DNA from: a virus | DNA: 64,000 bases | Strand: one strand, 5' to 3' | IMG/VR virus record: IMGVR_UViG_3300036770_003758 | Span: 38,211 to 102,210 of that record | Part shown: positions 58,499 to 64,000 of the stretch, one piece after another | Layout of the letters: each line of letters begins with the position of its first letter | Numbering within the stretch: position 1 is the first letter of the stretch | Notes under the pieces: model-generated | Told to the model about the DNA's origin: nothing | Database searches by the model: none | What the model saw: only the letters and a program-made list of their open reading frames with translations | Position numbers and translations under genes: made by a program

Positions 58499-61400
58499 AT
58501 GAAATTCATACATATATTGTTTTTATTAATTCCAGTTTCTGTTTTTGCACAGTGGGGGACACCTAATCCTAGAAATATCGTATTAGGTTCTCAGACAACT
58601 GGAGATGGTCTTGTGTATAGAGGTGGTGCAATAGGTAGTGTAAATTATGTACCTAGTTCAAAAGGGTATGCTTGGATGCATCTAGATACTGTAAATAACA
58701 GGTTGTATTCTTATATTAATAGTCAGTGGCAAGAAATGAGCGCTGCGTCTATATTAGGGTTTTACAGATCTAATGATACTTTGTACTTGCAGACTACAGA
58801 TTCGTTATTTTACGCAATGACTACATCTTCTGTAATTAGTAATTCTACATATTTTAATAGCAATGGTAATGATCTATCTGGTTCGCAGGTAGATTCTATT
58901 GTAGATATTGCAGATTTACATACCTTTTATGTAAGACTTCAAAGCACAGCAAGTTCAGACGCAGAAATAACATTTAACACACCAGGGTCTGATGATGTTA
59001 GTAAAACAATCACGTTTGTAGCAAAGAATGAAAGTTCTACATATAGTATTTCTTTAGCTAATTTATATTTTCAAGGTTCGTTACTCTCCCCTTATATTGT
59101 AAATACAGGGGAAACTATAATCATATCGGCTCAAAAAACACAAAGTGGTAACCAGTGGCACGCTGCTACAATTAGTCCTGGAACTAATTTAAGCTTTTCT
59201 GGTGTATCATCTCCTGTAACATTACAGAGCAATACTGGTACAGATGTAACACTTACTGCAGGATCTGGTATAAGTTTAAGTGCAAATAGTACAAACATTA
59301 CAATTACAAACACAGGTACTTTAAATTTAGATGGAGATAAAGGAGACGTTGTGATATCTTCTTCTGGTACTGTTTACACAATAGATACTTTTGCTGTAAC
59401 TACTATTAAAATTGCAGATTCTTCAGTAACAAGCGCAAAAATGGCTGCATCATCCGTTGACCTAAGCTCAAGCGTTGTTACAAATACGCTTCCCGTATCG
59501 AAAGGCGGCACCGGATCTACCCAATTTCCAAGAGGCAGGCTACTTGTCGGGGATAGCAATTCTACTTTTATAACCAACAACAATTTGTATTGGGACACCT
59601 TAAACAAACGATTGTTTGTTGGCACGGGCTGGAGTAAAGCAGGTAATACGGTCGGCTCTCGCATCACATCGTTTGCCGCAGATAGTTCTGAGCTGGACGG
59701 AGTTGGGCACTTGCTTGTTTATCCCAATATGAATACGGCTTTTTATGGTAATGCGGCAGGCTTTTTCGTATCTAAGAACTTAAATGTAACGGATATCCTT
59801 ACAAGAAATCCATCAGAAACAGCTTTAATATTAGGAAGGCCGGGACTTCAAAATGCCTCATGGGGCAACCTTGCAAGATTTGACTTATCTAAATACACGA
59901 CCGGACAGGAGCCAAAAACGCAGTTAGACATACGCCTATCTAACGATTACAACGAAGGCGATAGCACGCCCAAGATAATGACCCTTCGCGCTGATGCAAA
60001 GGTCGGCATAAACGATACAGTGCCTACCAATACGCTTACCGTAAATGGAGATGTCCGTATAAAAAATTTGAACACAAGCGGAGACCCTACTTATTTGATC
60101 GGTGCACAAAGCGACGGCGACTTGGATAGCGTAAAACTTGGTGGCGCAATTAGCTTTGTAAACGACACGCTTACCGTAAAAGCAAGCGGCATAGATTCAA
60201 ATATGCTGACATCGTCCTCCGTTACTTGGGTTAAATTAGCGCAAGCGGTAAAGGATAGCATCGGCGCGGGCGGCGGTGGCGGCGTTACAAGCATAACTGC
60301 CGGAACCGGGTTAACAGGCGGAACTATTACAACGAGCGGAACCATTGCGGCAGATACCGACTTCCTTGTTACCGTCAACGATACGGCCTCTATGCTGTCG
60401 CCTTATCTAAGGGACGCTGACACGACAGCCATGCTCGCACCATATCTACGGGAGGCTGATACCCTTACTTTATCCAATAGGATCAATCTAAAGGTCAATA
60501 TATCTGACACAACTGCTATGCTGTTGCCTTACCTAAGAAAAGTAGTTGACAGCTTGTCTTTTGTTACAACGTATGAAGGCGTTGCAGTGTCCGGCGAAAT
60601 GATTTGGAACAATCAATCTGGGACCGTACATCTTGGAATGACGGGCGACATTGAAATGCCTATTGGACAAGCAGAGGCGCACATGGTTAGAAATACGACC
60701 GGAAGTCAGATTGCAAAAGGCAAGGTTGTGTATATCTCTGGAGCATCAGGACAAAGGCCGCTAATTTCACTTGCCGATGCAGATAGCGAAAGCACAAGCT
60801 CAGGTACATTTGGAATTACCGCAGAGGCGATAGACAACAACGATACAGGCTTTGTTTTTGTGAGCGGATATATTCACGGAATTAATACCAGTGCAATATC
60901 CCCTGGAAGCGCACTTTGGCTCGATACTATTGCAGGAGGGTTTACTACTTCTAAGCCTGTTGCCCCAATACACGCCGTCCTTGTCGGGTATTCAATTACA
61001 CAAGCCAACAACGGCACCATTTTTGTCAAAGTACAAAATGGGTACGAACTCGGAGAGCTTCACGATGTAAATGTAAGCGGGGCTGTAAACGGAAATCTTC
61101 TACGGTACAATTCATCGTTAAGCATTTGGGAGGATGCACAAGCGGATAGCGCCTCTATTGCTACAAGCGCAATAAAAACGGTACACATTGCAGATTCAGC
61201 GGTAACTTCTGTTAAACTTGCAAGTGCAAGCGTTGGGCTTAACACTGCGACTACAAGCGGAACGTTGCCTGTATCAAAGGGCGGAACGGGGCTAACGACA
61301 TTTGGAGGCGCTGGAAGGGTGCCGTACAGTACGGGCACGACAGGGACGGGGTTGCAGTTTGACACGCTTTTTAGGGTTTTCCCGGCAAATAGCAATTTTT

Positions 61401-62995
61401 TCTTTGGACAAAATACAGGTGCCGCAATCACTACTGGACTTTTTAATAATTTTATAGGTGGCGACGCTGGAAGAGAAACCACAATCGGTAATTTTAACAA
61501 TTTTTTGGGGTCATCTGCTGGAGAAAAAAACACCACTGGATCAGCTAATCAATTTATTGGAAACGCAACGGGCGCTAACAATACAACAGGCAGCAGTAAT
61601 ATTTTTATCGGCAATTCTACCGGAAACGAAAACAGGACTGGTTCCTTTAATTATTTTATTGGCAATAGCGCCGGGCGAAATAATAGAAATGGGAACATGA
61701 ATATTTTTATCGGTCGTCAAGCTGGATATAATACAGTAGATACATTGAGCGGGTCAAATAATATAGGTATTGGCGCTTTAGCTGGAGACAATATAAAGTT
61801 TGGCGCCTCAAAAAATATTGCAATAGGCGATAGCATAGACTATCCTATTGCCGACGGAAATAAACAGCTCACGATTGGCAACCTGATATTTGGCGTAAAC
61901 ATGGATAGTACCGGTACTGCTATCCCTGTCAATGGCAAAATCGGCATACTCAATAACAACCCCTCAACGGCACTCGATGTAAGTGGCGCAATTACAGCTA
62001 CCGCTTTTCAGCCTTTGATTTTAAGGCGCAACCTTAGCACGAACACATCGCAGTTACAGCAATTATTTCAGCTAAAAAATGCCTCCGACGCTTATGTCAA
62101 TTACGGTGCGATCGCTTCTGAAATCGTAAGCAATACAGCAGGAAAACAAATTGGCAACATGCGATTTTCTGTAATTGATAGCTCAGATAACGGAACACTT
62201 GTCAATAGGCTTATCCTCGGAGGCAATGGCCTTTCGGCTATTGGGAAAGACCTTAATACAAGCGCAGCAAGGACACTGGACGTATTTGGCGAAATGCGTA
62301 TCAGGGATTTAATTACCGATACCCCAACCCGCATTGTCGGCGCGGACGCGGACGGCGACCTGGGGCAACTTATAATAGGCACCGGGCTTAGCCTTGTGGG
62401 CGATACGTTGACTTCGACTGGGGGCAGCGGTGTAGCCGACGGCGACAAAGGCGACATTGACGTAACAAGCAGCGGCACGGTGTGGACGATTGACACGGCG
62501 GCGGTAACGAAGCTGAAGCTGGCCAATAACAGCGTCGGGGCAAACCAGCTTGACACGACGGCGGTAACGGCGGGCAGCTACGTGAATCCACGTATCACGG
62601 TAGATCAGGACGGCAGGCTCACGGCGGCGGTAAGCGATACAATGGCCATGATTATAGCGTGTAGTGATGAAACCACCAATCTGACCACCGGAGCGGCAAA
62701 GGTAACGTTCCGGGCACCGTTCGCGTTCACGATACTTGGTGTTAGGGCAAATGTAAAAACAGCACCTACGGGCAATACTATTGTTGTGATTATTAAGGAA
62801 GGCGGCAATAGTATTTTCAGCACTAATCTTAGTATTGATGCTTCAGAAAAAACAAGCGTTACGGCGGCGGTGCCAGTTGTAATATCTGACACTTCTATTG
62901 CCGACGATGCGGAGATGACTATTGACATAGATCAAATAGGCAGCACGGCGGCGGGCGTCGGCTTAAAATTAACCATCCTATATCGGAAAAATTAA
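58499..62995 (+). CDS. Large mosaic tail-fibre/adhesin-like protein with a signal-peptide-like N-terminus
   Basis: GVTSITAGTGLTGGTIT, LPVSKGGTG x2, NxFIGxxAG repeats, DGDKGD x2; begins MKFIHILFLLIPVSVFA-Q. Confidence 0.8.
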   Translation: MKFIHILFLLIPVSVFAQWGTPNPRNIVLGSQTTGDGLVYRGGAIGSVNYVPSSKGYAWMHLDTVNNRLYSYINSQWQEMSAASILGFYRSNDTLYLQTTDSLFYAMTTSSVISNSTYFNSNGNDLSGSQVDSIVDIADLHTFYVRLQSTASSDAEITFNTPGSDDVSKTITFVAKNESSTYSISLANLYFQGSLLSPYIVNTGETIIISAQKTQSGNQWHAATISPGTNLSFSGVSSPVTLQSNTGTDVTLTAGSGISLSANSTNITITNTGTLNLDGDKGDVVISSSGTVYTIDTFAVTTIKIADSSVTSAKMAASSVDLSSSVVTNTLPVSKGGTGSTQFPRGRLLVGDSNSTFITNNNLYWDTLNKRLFVGTGWSKAGNTVGSRITSFAADSSELDGVGHLLVYPNMNTAFYGNAAGFFVSKNLNVTDILTRNPSETALILGRPGLQNASWGNLARFDLSKYTTGQEPKTQLDIRLSNDYNEGDSTPKIMTLRADAKVGINDTVPTNTLTVNGDVRIKNLNTSGDPTYLIGAQSDGDLDSVKLGGAISFVNDTLTVKASGIDSNMLTSSSVTWVKLAQAVKDSIGAGGGGGVTSITAGTGLTGGTITTSGTIAADTDFLVTVNDTASMLSPYLRDADTTAMLAPYLREADTLTLSNRINLKVNISDTTAMLLPYLRKVVDSLSFVTTYEGVAVSGEMIWNNQSGTVHLGMTGDIEMPIGQAEAHMVRNTTGSQIAKGKVVYISGASGQRPLISLADADSESTSSGTFGITAEAIDNNDTGFVFVSGYIHGINTSAISPGSALWLDTIAGGFTTSKPVAPIHAVLVGYSITQANNGTIFVKVQNGYELGELHDVNVSGAVNGNLLRYNSSLSIWEDAQADSASIATSAIKTVHIADSAVTSVKLASASVGLNTATTSGTLPVSKGGTGLTTFGGAGRVPYSTGTTGTGLQFDTLFRVFPANSNFFFGQNTGAAITTGLFNNFIGGDAGRETTIGNFNNFLGSSAGEKNTTGSANQFIGNATGANNTTGSSNIFIGNSTGNENRTGSFNYFIGNSAGRNNRNGNMNIFIGRQAGYNTVDTLSGSNNIGIGALAGDNIKFGASKNIAIGDSIDYPIADGNKQLTIGNLIFGVNMDSTGTAIPVNGKIGILNNNPSTALDVSGAITATAFQPLILRRNLSTNTSQLQQLFQLKNASDAYVNYGAIASEIVSNTAGKQIGNMRFSVIDSSDNGTLVNRLILGGNGLSAIGKDLNTSAARTLDVFGEMRIRDLITDTPTRIVGADADGDLGQLIIGTGLSLVGDTLTSTGGSGVADGDKGDIDVTSSGTVWTIDTAAVTKLKLANNSVGANQLDTTAVTAGSYVNPRITVDQDGRLTAAVSDTMAMIIACSDETTNLTTGAAKVTFRAPFAFTILGVRANVKTAPTGNTIVVIIKEGGNSIFSTNLSIDASEKTSVTAAVPVVISDTSIADDAEMTIDIDQIGSTAAGVGLKLTILYRKN

Positions 62996-63020
62996 TTCAT
63001 TAACGAAAAGCAACAGTATC

Positions 63021-63851
63021 ATGTATAGCGAAGAAAAAATCTACGATGTGTTAGGCACTATCCACAATCAATCCAAACCTAAGCCGTATTTCGCAATCTG
63101 CCAACCCCGGCGCGATGCAAGCGAAACCCCGGCGCAGGACTTTGCAGCGCAGTACGGCGGGGCTTTCCCGCTGGCACTTGAAAACTACTCGCATACGTTT
63201 CTTCAGGTAAGCGGGCAACCCGTGGACGTGGCACGAAATATGCTGCTTGAGGCGGCGGTGGAACGCGGGGCGAAGTACGCCTTTTTCATTGGCGAAGATA
63301 CGGTACTGCCTTTTTACGCGTTTCAGGAGTTGCACCGACTCGCAGAAGCCAACCCGGACGCGGTGATTAGCGGGGTGTATTACTTTAAGTGCGGAGGGCC
63401 TATGATAATGATACGCGATGAGGAAAACCGCCAATGCCTTGCGGATGCAACGCCGGGAAAGATGATTGAAAACCCACTGCTTTGCGGGCTGGATGTGATG
63501 CTCATACCAACGGCGATCCTGAAAAAGATGCAAGAAAATGAACCGGATACGCCATTTACCTGCGTTTTTCCGGGGAATGAAGAAATACGATTTGTGGGCG
63601 AAGATGACTTTTTCTTGACACGCCTATACCGCAATGGTTTTCGCGTGTTAATTACCACCGACGTGCAATGCCTGCACATGGACTTAGCTACGGGCAATTA
63701 CACGGCGCACCCGGACGTTGTGCTGGAGGACTACAACACCTGCATTCCTATCGGCAGGCCACTTACCTACCGCGATAAGCACTACATTGATAAGCGCTGG
63801 AATGATCGAATGCCGAAGCCGGAATATCTAATTGAAAATATTGAAGCATGA
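63021..63851 (+). CDS. Glycosyltransferase family 2-like protein
   Basis: VDVARNML...FFIGED...ISGVY...GEDDFF...CLH. Confidence 0.75.
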   Translation: MYSEEKIYDVLGTIHNQSKPKPYFAICQPRRDASETPAQDFAAQYGGAFPLALENYSHTFLQVSGQPVDVARNMLLEAAVERGAKYAFFIGEDTVLPFYAFQELHRLAEANPDAVISGVYYFKCGGPMIMIRDEENRQCLADATPGKMIENPLLCGLDVMLIPTAILKKMQENEPDTPFTCVFPGNEEIRFVGEDDFFLTRLYRNGFRVLITTDVQCLHMDLATGNYTAHPDVVLEDYNTCIPIGRPLTYRDKHYIDKRWNDRMPKPEYLIENIEA

Positions 63852-64000
63852 AATATTATAGCGTGTTTTTCGCTCTCCCCCTGCTGCTGCTCACCGATGC
63901 CCCGGCGCTCTCCTCCGTGGGCTGGCCGGGCGCGGTGATGCTGGCATTGGCCTTGCTTTTTGGCGGGGCGCGCAGGGGGCTTTCTCAGATATATATTAAC
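63848..64000 (+). CDS. Membrane protein, truncated at window end
   Basis: MKYYSVFFALPLLLL...GAVMLALALLFGG, open to the edge. Confidence 0.55.
   Translation, partial: MKYYSVFFALPLLLLTDAPALSSVGWPGAVMLALALLFGGARRGLSQIYIN

Noticed and set aside
60360-60545. DTxAMLxPYLR repeats as a DNA repeat element
   Set aside because: Protein-level repeats inside the fibre-like CDS.

Overview
This window is 64 kb of an AT-rich dsDNA phage genome in the standard genetic code. It looks crAss-like (Crassvirales-type gene content and order, probably a Bacteroidota host). Minus strand 1-40.8 kb: replication and nucleotide genes (family B DNA polymerase, primase, SF4 and SF2 helicases, AAA_24 ATPase, two PD-(D/E)XK nucleases, UDG, ThyX, MazG-like), a SleB-like hydrolase, many small accessory genes and a glycosyltransferase/KdsC-like block. 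Plus strand 40.9-64 kb: GroES-like, terminase, portal, major capsid, ring/auxiliary structural proteins, Ig-like proteins and a 1498-aa fibre-like protein. The main find is the apparent gene desert at 17629-24006. Hand translation shows an unbroken, translationally coupled array of 58 minus-strand micro-ORFs, mostly 28-49 aa at about 110 bp period. They have hypervariable middles, a shared hydrophobic-strand + LK C-terminus and local paralog pairs. The array lies just downstream of an FGE-sulfatase/C-type-lectin-fold gene that lacks the terminal segment these peptides resemble, and runs directly into a classical AAA ATPase gene. My hypothesis (inference) is a split-protein peptide library: one scaffold completed in trans by interchangeable variable segments, with no reverse transcriptase in the window. 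Product calls rest on motif recognition by eye; no database searches were run.
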